From contig JBHGNT010000007.1 in NCBI GenBank assembly GCA_043228905.1, positions 14,198,001 through 14,262,000 on the forward strand: a DNA stretch of 64,000 bases, read 5' to 3'. This DNA comes from Azolla caroliniana (Eukaryota > Plantae > Polypodiophyta). Both the position numbers and the translations under genes were made by a program. Under the pieces are notes generated by a model that saw nothing but the letters and a program-made list of their open reading frames with translations, did not search any database and had not been told where the DNA came from. Below, piece after piece: positions 34,226 to 47,600 of the stretch; position 1 is the stretch's first letter, and the number at the start of each line of letters is the position of its first letter.

Positions 34226-37200
34226 AAATCAATGTTTGTTATTAAAACAATATGATAATACAACCCTTACTATCTTCAATACATTATGAATAGTGATAAT
34301 GCAAGGGAAACCCTCTCAAGTGTTGCAAAACTAGATGACATACCTAGACTATCTCCTCTTGGGACAACATCCCCAAACAACGTAGTTGCGAAAATCGTCA
34401 CATCAACTTCTCTTTCATCCTATGGATTTGTTGTGTTACCCCATGAAGGTCATCAAACAAGAACCCATTTCTCATGGTCCAATTAAACCACATCACCCAA
34501 TACCTAAAAAAGTCAAACACGACCTTATATGATGGTGCGGGCATGCCTTTATCATCATTAATAAAAACCCAGATAAAAGGTGACAGAATATTGCATGTTA
34601 TTGATGCCCAAATTTGTGATATAACAACCCAAATGGCTTTAGCAACCGGACATGTAATGAACCTATGTCTTGCATCTTCCTCAACCACTGTGCAAAAGAA
34701 ACATGTCCCATTTGAAATATTTCTACATTTTAAAGCCATCGTGAAAGGCAACCCACCAACAATCACACGCCAAAGAAACACCTTAGCACGGAATGAAAGA
34801 TGAGACAGCCATCCTACATCCAAAACTCTACACCACCACTTTACATGTTGAGTAATGTACATGTGTCTAAAACCTTAGTTGCTAACTAATGAAAAGAGAG
34901 AGAAAAAAGATAGAGAAGAGAAGAGGAAAAAATAATACTTCAATATACTATTAAGAAAAGAATACAATACTCTTATACTCCAAGAGTAACAACCCCAAAT
35001 AAGTATTGCAATATGCTATTACTAAAATAATCTTTCCGTCTTCTTCTACTAATCGTCTTCTCACTTATTCTACTCTTCTTCTTCTTCCTCCCTTCTTCTC
35101 CTCACTTCTTCTTGTAGATCTTCTATTCCTCCTTCCTTCGTAACTATTCTATTCCCCCGTCATCTTCCCAATTGCTAAGAATACCCTCCTACTTCTAGGT
35201 TTTTAGTTGCGTTATTCTTGTTTTTTCTTTTCTTTTCTTTTACATATCCTCGAGTTTGTGTGGTGCGTTTTTCATATCATTATTTCTGGTTTGTCATCAA
35301 AAGTTGTCATACAAGAAAGCTCTCTCTTTGTCAGCTTTCTTACAAATATTTTCTTTTGAAATTTAGATAAGAGATGAAGAAGTTATGAGCTTTTTTCTCT
35401 ACCTTGCTTTTTCTGCTTAATTTCCTGTGTTTTTCTTCTTTTTCTTTTTTTCTTCTTTTTCTACTTTTCAAAAACGCCTCTAACTTTATTTCTCTTCAAT
35501 TTCATTTATCTTTTAACTCTTGGACCTTTCATATTGTGCTTTATTCTTCTATACCTTCGCATCCAATGTATTTGTCATTGTCTTTTCCTATGAGCAAAAA
35601 TCGACTTCACACTAACCAAGCTCTATCTTCAACCAACTTACGGTATATATCATTAGTGTTCACCACAAAAATTGATTGTCCAATACCAAACGACCAATCT
35701 TTCCATGTGTCCTCAACCGCCAACTCTGGAAGCGGGAAAACTAATCCAAGCAATGCCAATATTGATTCCCAAATATACCCATATCCACTTGGTATACGAA
35801 ACTTATTTCTAACTGTACGAAAGGCCATCACTTTCCTGCATGACTCTAATATACCATCTTCCACTGTTACCAAGCCCAGCCTCGCCATTTGATTAAATTG
35901 TGTATTTAGGGTTTCTTTTCCATCCTAATATATTATCCTTGAAGATGCCAACACCTCTGCCGCCAAGGAATTTGTATCTTTTCTACACTCAAGGGGGCTC
36001 GAATGAAATAATTTCAAGCATCGCTGCCAAGAAACCACTAATTGTTGGACCATAATAGATTTTGAACATTTAAATGCATGAGTACTATTAACTGTGGAGA
36101 ATAGCGCGGAATATAGCTCGGCCACAACCGAGTCTTGAACACTTCCAACGAGAATCAAACACAGTAATGGGAAGTAGAGAGTGAACGCACATACACACAC
36201 GAGTCGATAGAGAGGACACACGATGTTTACGTGGAAAACCCTAATAGGGAAAAACCACGGGAGCCCACAAGCTTCGAACTATCACTATATGAGAAGGGTA
36301 CAATCAGAGACTCGGAGGCAATGACCTCGAGCTCTGTTTCTTCGCCAAGCGGCAGTTACAACAGAGTATATCGCTCTATATCTCCTCTCACTCTCTCTCT
36401 GTTCTCTCTATACAACAGTTATACACATACAACAATATGACAACAACCTTCCAAAGTGATTGCCCTAAGTCATATTTATACTTATATGAACTTAGGGCTA
36501 TTTAAAAATATAACCTCAATAGGCTTACTCAAAACATATTTACAAATATGTCTTCTCATCCGGTTCTCACCAGGTCTATTCTATCCAGTTTCCGGTCCAA
36601 TCCGGTTTCCGGATCTCTTCCGGTTCTCACCAGGTCCATCCCGTTCTCATCGAGTCCACTTCATTCATAATCGGATCCCATCCGGAGGGACCGATTTCCC
36701 AACAATCTCCCCCTTCACTCCGGCATGGGATGTCTCGTGAGCCTGATCCGCTTTCGGCACGCGTCCAACTTGTCGGTTGTCAACACCTTGGTTAGCATAT
36801 CTGACCCGTTCTCCTCCATTTGGATCTTTGTCAACATGAACTCTTGATCTTCTACTCTCTCCCGAATCCAGTGGAACCTCCATTGGATATGTTTCGTCCG
36901 AGAATGGTAGGTCGCGTTCTTTGCAAGGCGGATGGCACTTTGACTGTCGTAGTAAAGCCGGTATTCCTCTTGTTGGATCCCTAGCTCTTCGATGAAGTCC
37001 TCCCATCCAGATTATCTCCTTGTCGGCTTCCATAACTGCCATGTACTCCGCCTCTGTGGTTGACAACGCAACCGTCTTCTGCAGCCTCGAGTGCCACGAA
37101 ACAGCTCCCCTTGCATAAGTCATGACATATCCGGATGTAGACCGGTTGGTATCCGCATCAACTGACATATCCGAATCCGTGAATCTATCAAGTTGGGGAT

Positions 37201-38702
37201 TACCGGAGCCGAACAGGAGGCACATACTCGAGGTCCCTTTCAGATACCAGAGTATCCACTTGACCGTGTTCCAGTGCTCTCTTCCGGGATTGCTCATTGT
37301 TGAGATACAAGCTCAACATTGGCCAGATCAGCTATGCAAGCCGAGAACCGAATCGGTTGGGACCGATCGGTTAGGCTGGACCGGTGCGCAAACTGGTGCG
37401 CAACGAGAAGTCGTAGCGGTGCGTAAACAGCGAGGCCGTTGGAAAGATATTCCGCATAGGAATATATTTTGGGAGTTAGTGTAGAGCTCATTTATGAGCA
37501 TTGAAGTACGTGTCAATACTTCTGTTAGTCCGTCTGAACTTGTATAAAAGTGCTCACTGAGCACATCCTATGTACAGACTAAGCATTATTATTTTGAAAT
37601 AGAGTTGAGTGTATTGACTCTCTCTCTATCTATCTATCTATCTCTCCCGCGTACTGTGTGTCCAACCTTTCCATAAACCAGTGTTTTTTCCTACGTTCGG
37701 TTTTCTGTTGCTTCCACACATTGTTCTTTTTTCATGGTATCAGAGCGCAAGGGTTAAGAACCTCTACAACCGACCTTAGCTCGAGTAGAAAACGTAACCT
37801 TCGTAAAGAACATGAAAAACAGAATGGATAGAGGCATGGCTAGCTCGCTTCCGACTGAGAAGCTCGACAGAAACAACTACGCATTGTCGTAGTGTAATTT
37901 ACACACTACTTGGGAATTGCATTTTGTCCATCCGGATAGAGAATGACATACCCGGTGAGAACCGGACGAAGAGGAACCAGCAAGGAGGAATCGGCAAGGA
38001 AGAGCCGGATGAAGAAGGCCGGTGAGAGTCTCTTACGGGATGAAGAGACACAATTGTAAATAAAAGAAACATTAAAATTTCTATTACGTACATAGGGCAA
38101 GATTTGAACCCTACACCTCCACACAAACAAACTCTAGCCTTACCATTATACTAACTTATTCTAAGTGTTATAAATATAGATTTAATATGTATAAAACCTT
38201 TATTTTCGCCTACCTTTATTAAAAGGTAAGTCATGCATTTTTTAGAATGCGTGAAAAACTTTATTTATATGCACACTAATAAAATTACGCATGCACATCT
38301 AGCGGGCATGAATGCTAAATTTAGGAAATTGTAGTGGGAAAAGAAAAGCATGCAAATTTAGAGAGCATGAACACTTTAGAAAAGCAAGAAGCTATGCTTA
38401 GCCTCCTCCGTCCTTATATAAGGAGGAGAGAAAGATGTATAAGGGTTGGTTATTTTTGGATTAACTATTGATCAATATAAAAATTATTCGTGGGATTCAC
38501 GATTTATGCATCTACTTCTTTCTTAACAACCTAAGTACCAATTAATATAGTATACTCGTGTGATTCACGAGTTTCTTATCTTTCTCTTTGCTATCTACTC
38601 ATAATTAATCTCTATCTCTCGATCTCCTTTCTCCTAGTCCAAAACCCCAGCGGTTCCCACCCGACTCACGTAACGATCCGGTGCCGAGAGGCACAACACA
38701 AG

Positions 38703-38720
38703 TGGTGAACCCGACGTGAA
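38703..38720 (+). promoter_or_regulatory. tRNA-Trp PBS of E
   Basis: TGGTGAACCCGACGTGAA, 4 nt after the LTR. Confidence 0.85.
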
Positions 38721-40258
38721 GACGAGTGGCAAGGAGATGGAGAATCAACAAGCTAACAATATGATGGCGATGTTCGAGCGGATGCTACAAGAACAATGCG
38801 TGATGTCGGAGATTTCGGCAGCAGTAGAGTGGCCCGTGCAACGCAACGGGCAATTCAACGATAAGGATGTGTCGCGATATTTGCAGAACTACAAGGCAAA
38901 GATGCTCCGGTGCCGGATTTCGGAAGGACTGCAAGTGACATCCTTCAACCGGGTGGCGACCGACGGGCTTCAAGGGAATATCCATGGGTTACAACAGCAA
39001 AATCCAACGTGGGAAGCATTTGAAGAAGTGTTAAAGACCACGTTCGCCATCGAGGACTCCTCCAAGGCAACGCGGAGGGGATTCGAAGATTGGGTGGAAA
39101 TGCCAGGTAAGGGGCTAAAGGTCCTCGAAGTGTTTTCGTCATTCGAAAGTCGATTCGGGGGGTTGTCCGCGAGAGATCAAACTATTCTTGCACCGGACAA
39201 AGTCATCATGTTTTTGCAAGCTGTGGACGTCTAGGACCGGAAAGATCTCAGAGTGCTTCTGGAGGACACGACCACCGAAAGTGGCCTCACCGAAACGTGG
39301 GAAAGCGTGCGGGATATCGTCGCGCGATACATGAAGAGGGTGCAGTGGCTTGCTAACGAAGAGAAGAGTGTTTCGAAACCGATTCCGAAACCGAGATCCG
39401 GATTGGAGGACCATCAACTGCGGGCTTGGGAAGCTACGACTGAGAAGGGAATCGATGCAACTACAGTGGAGCAGTTGCTGAAAGATATGGAGAATCTGAA
39501 AATCACGATGGTGAAGAAGTAGGGAAACCGTCCCACAAACTCCAAGTATATGGACCGTCGATGTATATGGTGTGATAGCACCGAGCACGATCGGAGGGAT
39601 TGCGACGAGCACAAGGAGGCGTTACAACGGGATCTTATCTACTACGAGGGAAATCGGATTCATTCAATAGACTCTCGGAAGCCACTCCGACCGAACTTCC
39701 GGAAAGGCGACATGAAGAAGGTTCTAGAAGAGGAAATAGCGGCAAAAGGTAATTATGCGACAACTGTGGGAATAAGTGTGGGTGAGTCGTCAAGAGCAAA
39801 GGTGTCTTTTTGGCCGGATGTGCTAGAAAACCCTGAGAAAACCGACTCCAATGAGATCCGAAGCACCGCGGAAAGCATCTGTAAAGCTACAGGATGGGAG
39901 TGCCCCGTGGATAAGAATAGCGTGTTTGCTTTATGCCAATTGCATGAAGTGTATGTAGATGAGAAGCAACGGCGCACGGATGAGGCGGCTGGTCCATTGA
40001 AGACACCAGAAAGCTGGAACTCCGGAGGTAAGGGAAAAGAAAAGATGATTCCGGCATTCAAGCTCGCCTCGGACATCGAACAACAAACGGACATGAGAAA
40101 AGTGTTCAAGGAGAGAATCCTCGATAGCCGGGTAGATTTTTCGCTTCGAGAATTACTCGGAATAGCGAAGAAGGAGTTCCACGATCTTCTTGTGGATTTG
40201 TGAAGAGAAAAAGGCAAAGTACAGAGGAGAACGCTCCAAGGGTGAATGCAAATACCGT

Positions 40259-40957
40259 TGTCGTGCCCTTCGGCTCCGGATCGTTTCGTGAGTCGGGTGG
40301 GAACCGCCGAGGTTTTTGACTAGGAGGAAGAGGAATACAACTTAAGGCTAGTTATGAATAGTGGAAAGAGAAGTAAGATAGCAATCTCGTGAATCCCACG
40401 AGTTTAGTGTAATTAAAACAATATTTAGATTATAAGAGCAATTAGATGGCAAAATTCGAGAATCCCACGAATATATTAGATTGATCAAAACTTGTATATT
40501 AATCAACAACCTTATACATATTTCTCTCCTCCTTATATAAAGATGGAAGAGGCTAAGCATGGCTTCATGCTTTTTCACCTAAAGTGTCCATGCACACTAA
40601 ATGTGCATGTGATGCTTTGTCATTTCCTAAATATAGGGCTCATGCACGCTAGATGTGCATGAGTCACTTTTAATGGCATGTGTAAATAAAATATTTACAC
40701 TCTAAAGAATACATGATTTTTACCTTTTAATAAAGGTATGTGTAAGGCCTTATGCGTATTAAATCTATATTTATAATACTAGAGATAAGTTATTACAATG
40801 GTAAAGTTGGGATTTATTTACGTGGAGGTGCATGGATCGAATCTTGCCCTATGCACGTGATAAATTCTTTTGATATATTATTTATTTATTTATATGTATC
40901 TAAAATCGGATATATTATTTTATGGTTTTCACGTAGTGTGTGGAATACACTACGACA
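40259..40957 (-). mobile_element. Solo LTR M of an E-related family inside the gag of E; TSD CCGT
   Basis: Reverse complement begins tgtcgtagtgtattccacacactac (E LTR: tgtcgtagtgtaatttacacactac); CCGT at 40255-40258 and 40958-40961. Confidence 0.9.
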
Positions 40958-41614
40958 CCGTTCTAATGAATGACACCGAATTGGAGGATGAAATACCGAA
41001 TTCTCACTACGTTGATATATTATTTATTTATTTATTGATATGTATCTAAAATCGGATATATTATTTTATGGTTTTCACGTAGTGTGTGGAATACACTACG
41101 ACACCGTTCTAATGAATGACACCGAATTGGAGGATGAAATACCGAATTCTCACTACACAAAGCCACATTGGGCACGCACAACTACGGAGACTCCGGTCCG
41201 AATCGGTAACATCAAAGAACCTGTGCTAGCATTGATTGATCACGGATCGGAGATCAACTTGATGTCCAAGGAGTTCTACCGGAAGGGTAAGTGGCCTATT
41301 AACACAAATCATGGGTAGAAGATCCAGGCAGCCACTAAAGCAATAGAAGAACTATTTGCGGCTTGTCTGGATGTGACGGTGAAGATCGGGGATGTCGAGA
41401 TCGACCAAAATTTCTTCGTACAAGACGGGGTCTCACACTCCGTGATCCTTAGGCAACCCTTTATCACGGCATCACGGATGGAGACGAAGGTGCTCGATAG
41501 CGGTGCAGCTTTTGCACGAATTCGGAGCTAAAACGGAGGGAAATCCGTCCAATTCCTAACGGTGTCGGCAAATCATGAAAGGAACAAGAGAGAGCTCTTG
41601 TCCCAAACAAGAAT

Positions 41615-41678
41615 GGATTTTTAATGCGGACTGTTGCGGAGTGGGGAAGTGATAGTCTGAGAAGCCCTGATACCCCAC
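41615..41678 (+). promoter_or_regulatory. -1 frameshift signal (E)
   Basis: G GAT TTT TAA; stem1 CGGACTGTTGC/GTGATAGTCTG; stem2 GTGGGG/CCCCAC; -1 frame is ORF 41624. Confidence 0.8.
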
Positions 41679-44600
41679 ACAGGAAGAAACCTCTCGGTGC
41701 AAAACAAGTACGAATCGGTCCAAATGGGGCATCCACGTACATGAACGTAACCAGAGGAATGAAGAAAGAATACCGAAAAGTGGAGGATAAGTTACGATCG
41801 GCATCAATAATAAAAGAAGACGAAGAAATCGTGGGAATAGTCGAAGAAGTGTTCTATGGGAGCACACTACAACGGCTTGAAGAGCTCGCGGAAGATACAA
41901 GCTAGGGAAACCGGGTAATTCCGGTGGAGTCGGTCGAGATGTACGAGATCATTGTGAAAATGGGGTCGGATGCGCTCCGCAAAGAAGAAGCAATGGTAAG
42001 TACGAAATACAAGACCGTGGAGAAGAAAGTGAAACCGGCCGCAGGACCGTTACCCGTAGATAGCGAACAAAAGAAGAAAGAAGTATCGGGGGATCCGACA
42101 CTTCGGAAGTCCATGGATATCGGACATGCCTTCTCGGATGAGACCCAGAAGAAACTTTGAATCGGTGGAGGTGGTTTCCTCTCACAAAAAGAAGAAGAAC
42201 GGTTTCGTGAGATGCTGGAACAACATGGAAAAGCATTTGCATTCACATCGAAGGAGATAGGGTGCGTTGATCCGAAGATAGTGGAGCCGATGGTGATCTT
42301 CACGATTGACCATGTGTCGTGGAGCCTGAAGCCGATTCCGGTGCCACGGGCGCATATTCCGAAAATCATTGACTTGCTCAAGGAGAAGGTGGAGATGGGG
42401 ATTCTAGAGCCATCAAACGCTCTGTACTCTAATCAATGGTTTACGGTTCCGAAGAAGAATGGGTCACTCCGATTTATCCAAGACTTGCAACCGGTGAACA
42501 AGGTCACGATTTGGAACTCCAGAGTCGGTCCGATAGTGGACGAATTTGCGGAAGCATTTGCCGGACGCGCGATATACTCCATCGGAGACCTATACTCCGG
42601 ATATGACCAATTCCAACTACCCGTGGAGAGCCGAGACATCACTACCATGCAGACACCGATAGGATTAGTCCGGATGTGTACACTACCACAAGGCGCGACA
42701 AACTCAGTCGCACATATGATGAATGCGATGAACAAGGTGCTCCGGGATTGCATACCGGAGATAATGATGTCGTTCCTAGATGATATTCCGATGAAAGGGT
42801 GTGCGGTGGAAGAAAAAGATGAAGCTATGGATGAACAGGGATGCCGAAGGTTCATAGTCAACCATATCCGTGATTGTGAGAAAGTGTTATGGAAGTTAGA
42901 AGATGTGCATCTAACACTTTCCGGAGAGAAATCGGCATTCGGACAAGAAGAAATATTGGTAGTCAGACATCTATGTGGGCCCTACGGCCAAAGACCATCA
43001 CCAACCAAGATTGATGCGATTCAAGCTATGAAAGAAGTATGTGAGTCACAATCCGAAGTCCGAAGGTTTCTTGGAGCATGTGCATTCTATCACATATGGA
43101 TTCCGCACTACGCACATATTGCGGACCGCTCTATCACTTGTTGCGGAAGGGTAAGAAGTTTGAATGGAAACCGGAGCATACCAAAGCTGTGAAGAAGCTC
43201 AAGAAATCACTACGGAGGGCAAAAGCACTAAAGAAGCCGAACTATGACCAACCAATCATAGTAACGGTTGACACAAGTCCAACCGGAATCGGATGGGTCA
43301 TCAATCACGTCGATCCGGAAGGTTCGCGATATCTGATCCGATTCGGAGCAAAGGTTCTCAACGAAAGACAACGCGGATATGCACAAGTTAAAAGAGAATT
43401 ATCGAGAGTCGTGTCGGCAATCAAATCGGATCGAGATTATTTGATCGTAGCCGAAGTAGTGATCGAAACGGATTGTCTTCCGATACTTGGGATGATGCGG
43501 TGTTGCACGATACCGGATGTGGCTATGCTAAGATGGATTGCATATGTTAAGTCGCTTAATCCGGAGGTACGACAAATCTCCGGAAAAGACAACGCGGTAT
43601 CGGATATGTTATCAAGGGCGCGGTTCAGAGATAACATAACCGAATCCGATAATGAAGAATTTTCCGAAGACTACTTTGCTTCGGAACACATATGCCGGGT
43701 GGACGTAATCCAAGAATTCCGGGAAGAAGAATACGAGGGAGAAAGCTTGTTGATCAGGAAAATGCTACGAGAAATCGAGGAATCATTAGAAAATAAAGAG
43801 AAGAGAGTCGAGATCCGAAGTAAGAAACGGCAAGTCCGAAAGTTCTTCTTGGAAAATGGATTTTTATGGAGGGAGCCGAAAAGACCGGGTGGCATACCAC
43901 TTTGAGTAGTCGGGACAAAAGAGCAATGAAACCAGGTAATGTCCGAATTTCACGAATCTGATTGGGCTGGACATCGGGGAACATGGGCAACATTTGGGAA
44001 GATCAAGCAAAGATATTGGTGGAAGAATATGTACAAAGATGTCGCGGAGTTCACGGAAAGCTACGAGAAGTGTCAAATCTACTCCGGAGTTCGAGACAAA
44101 GATGAGTTACATCCGACATTCTCACCGGCAATCAACTTCAAATGGATGGTCGACATTGTAGCCATGACAACCGGGATCGGACAAAAGAAGTACTTGGTGT
44201 TAGCTCGGGAAGATCTCACAAATCAAGTAGAAGGTCGGGCGCTACGAAGAAAAACGTGTTCTGTGGTATGTCAATTTCTTTTGGAAGAAGTGTTTTGCAG
44301 GTATGGGTGCGTAGGACAAGTGATTGCGGATCGGGGAGAACTTGACTATGATAAAGCTAAGGAATTCTTCACTAAACATGGAGTTCGGTTAACACTGACA
44401 ACGGCATGCAATCCGGAAGCCAACGGGAAGATCGAACGAGGACATAGTCCGATTGTCAAAGCACTTGCGAAGGCATGCAATGGAAGGGTGAAGGATTGGC
44501 CGCAAATGCTTTCGTATGCACTATGGGCGGATCAAACGACGCATAGCTCCGTAACTGATTACATGCCGGCAGAACTCATGACCTAACAAGCACTGGTAAT

Positions 44601-47600
44601 GCCAACGGAAACCGCAATCGCGACATGGACAATGCTACCGTAGAAGGAAGAGATGAGCCGGGAAGAACTACTAGCGGTCCGGAGACGACAACTAGAGGGA
44701 AGCACGATTCCGGAATAAAAGCCGGTTCAACACAAAGCACCGACTACGACTGCGAAAGATTGAAGAAGGAGATTGGGTGATTGTCTACGACAGTAGTTTG
44801 GATCATCAACATACAACGATGCGGAAGTTCGCGAAAAGGTGGTTCGGGCCATATGAGGTTCGGAAAGTTTTCGACAATGGAACTTACCGACTAAGTGAGT
44901 TGGATGGAGCGATACTACGAGTGCCTATAGCAGGGAAACGGGTGAAGATCTTCAAGAAGCGGACTAACAACGAATCTTGTGTAGCCATAGACGAGATCAA
45001 CAATGAGGAGCAACCGGACAAAGATCGTGGTGATGCGGATAGCAAAGAAAGTGGACTTCAACTCGTAGTCGACATAAGGGAAGATTCGGAGAGCGATACG
45101 GATGGAGGCGAATATGGAACATCGAGAACTTCGGCACATACCGGAGGATGTGCGGGTTTAGAGGCGGTGAGTGTCGTAGTGTAATTTACACACTACATGG
45201 GAATTGCATTTTGTCCATCCGGATAGAGAATGAAATACCCGGTAAGAACCGGACGAAGAGGAACCGGCAAGGAAGAGCCGGATGAAGAAGGCCAGTGAGA
45301 GTCTCTTACGGGATGAAGAGACACAATTGTAAATATAAGAAACATTAAAATTTCTATTACGTGTATAAGGCAAGATTTGAACCCTACACCTCCACACGAA
45401 CAAACTCTAGCCTTACCATTATACTAACTTATTCTAAATGTTATAAATATAGATTTAATATGTATAAAACCTTTATTTTCGCCTACCTTTATTAAAAGGT
45501 AAGTCATGCATTTTTTAAAATGCGTGAAAAATTTTATTTATATGCACACTAATAAAATTACGCATGCACATCTAGTGGGCATGAATGCTAAATTTAGGAA
45601 ATTGTAGTGGGAAAAGAAAAGCATGCAAATTTAGAGAGCATGAACACTTTAGCAAAGCAAGAAGCTATGCTTAGCCTCTTCCGTCCTTATATAAGGAGGA
45701 GAGAAAGATGTATAAGGGTTGGTTATTTTTGGATTAACTATTGATCAATATAAAAATTATTCGTGGGATTCACGATTTATGCATCTACTTCTTTCTTAAC
45801 AACCTAAGTACCAATTAATATAGTATACTCGTGTGATTCACGAGTTTCTTATCTTTCTCTTTGCTATCTACTCATAATTAATCTCTATCTCACGATCTCC
45901 TTTCTCCTAGTCCAAAACCCCAACGGTTCCCACCCGACTCACGTAACGATCCGGCGCCGAGAGGCACGACAACGTCTTGGTCATAGAAGATGCACCAGTA
46001 CCTGCTCGGGCATGGATATTGGAGCTATGTCGACGAAGCAAATGACACATCACCTAATTCGACACACAGAGACTTCTCAGCTTGGGAACAGTCGGCGAGC
46101 AGAGTTCTCTATTGCTTCGCGTCTTGTGTGGGCGAACAACTTCTGAGCTATATTTGGGATGCGAAAATGCCGAAGGATGCTTGGGGAAATCTGAAAAAGA
46201 TTTTCGCCGCAAGCACCACAACTAGAAAGCTCTAACTCTGACAGGAGTTGAGCAACTTGCGACAACATGATTTGTCGGTGGCTGATTACACCTCGAAGAT
46301 CAAAGATATATGTGACTCCTTAGCCTCCATCAATGTGAACGTTAAGGAAGGCGAAATGGTGCAGATTTATCTCGGGGGACTGGCGTCGGAGTTCGAAGCG
46401 TTCCAAACTGTTGTGTGCACATGGGAGAATACGTCGTCGTTTTTCGACCTACAGTCAATGCTCCTTATAGAGGTGAACCACGCGGGTGCGTCGACTAGTA
46501 CGCACGCCGATTGCAAGATGTTGTACACTGAGGGAAATAGCCTCGTGGTCGTGGCGGACAAGGCGAGTCAGTGCGCAATGGAGGCGGCCGACACGATCAA
46601 GGAAGAAGCCACAGAAGTGATGCTGACAACAATTCCAGACCCTCCGAAAACAAGGGGAGTTGAGGTGGCGAGAACCAACAAGGGAAATCCGTCGCAAAAT
46701 GCTGGTATTGTGGCAAGAAAGGCCACAAAGAGAGCGAGTGTTGGAAGAAGCGCGCCAATTCGGAAAAAACTGGATCTGGATCCGAACAAACTGACAAAGG
46801 AAATCGGCAGTGATCGCACTACGTCGAAGGATCTGAAAAAGTCGGAAAGGGGGCAGCCTTCATGACGAGACACACTGCAAACTCGATGAAGAAGATCACC
46901 CCGAAATCGGAAGACGTGTGGTATGTTGACTCCAACACGTCAAACCGCATGATGAGCCATAAGGAGTGGTTCTCATACCTTGAGAAACCGATGCAATCGA
47001 GAGTAGTCGCAACAGGAGACGACACTCCGCATCCGATCGAGAATATCGGTGAAGTTCCCCTAAGCCATGTCAGGCAAAAAGGGAAACTCATGAACGTGTT
47101 ACATGTCCCGACAATTACGAAGAATCTGGTTTCGGTCAGGCAGATCGTCGACCAGGGGATGCAAGTCCGGTTCACGCATATCGGGTGCTTCATTGAGGAG
47201 GAAGGCCAAGTTATTGCACAAGGGTGCTGAGACGAGAGGATGTTTATCCTCGAGACCAATGACGTTGGCACCGCAATGTTCGCAAAAGGACAAAAAGTCG
47301 AGTCGGACATCGACTTGTGGCACAAGCGGATAGGCCACGTCAACTATCAAAGGCTTCAAGACATGCAATCGAAACAAGTTGTGTTCGGATTGCCCAAATT
47401 TAGTGGTCGGAAGGCCCAAATTTGTGAAGCCTGCCAGCTAGGGAAGCAACACCGACTTCCTTTCCCAAACGAGCGTAACCAGAGCCGGAACAAGCTCAAC
47501 TTGATACATTCGGATGTATGGGGGCTGGCACAGAACGTTAGTCTTGGCGGGAGTCGATATTTTGTCTCCTTCATCGACGACTACATGCGGCACACGTGGA

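Larger units (their letters stand above)
37885..45971 (+). mobile_element. Ty3/gypsy element E, full length, degenerate, same lineage as B and C
   Basis: LTRs 37885-38698 and 45172-45971; gag CIWCDSTEHDRRDC; LIDHGSEIN; RT 42212-43192; RH 43078-43905; IN 43939-45184; flanks GCAT and ACGT. Confidence 0.95.
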
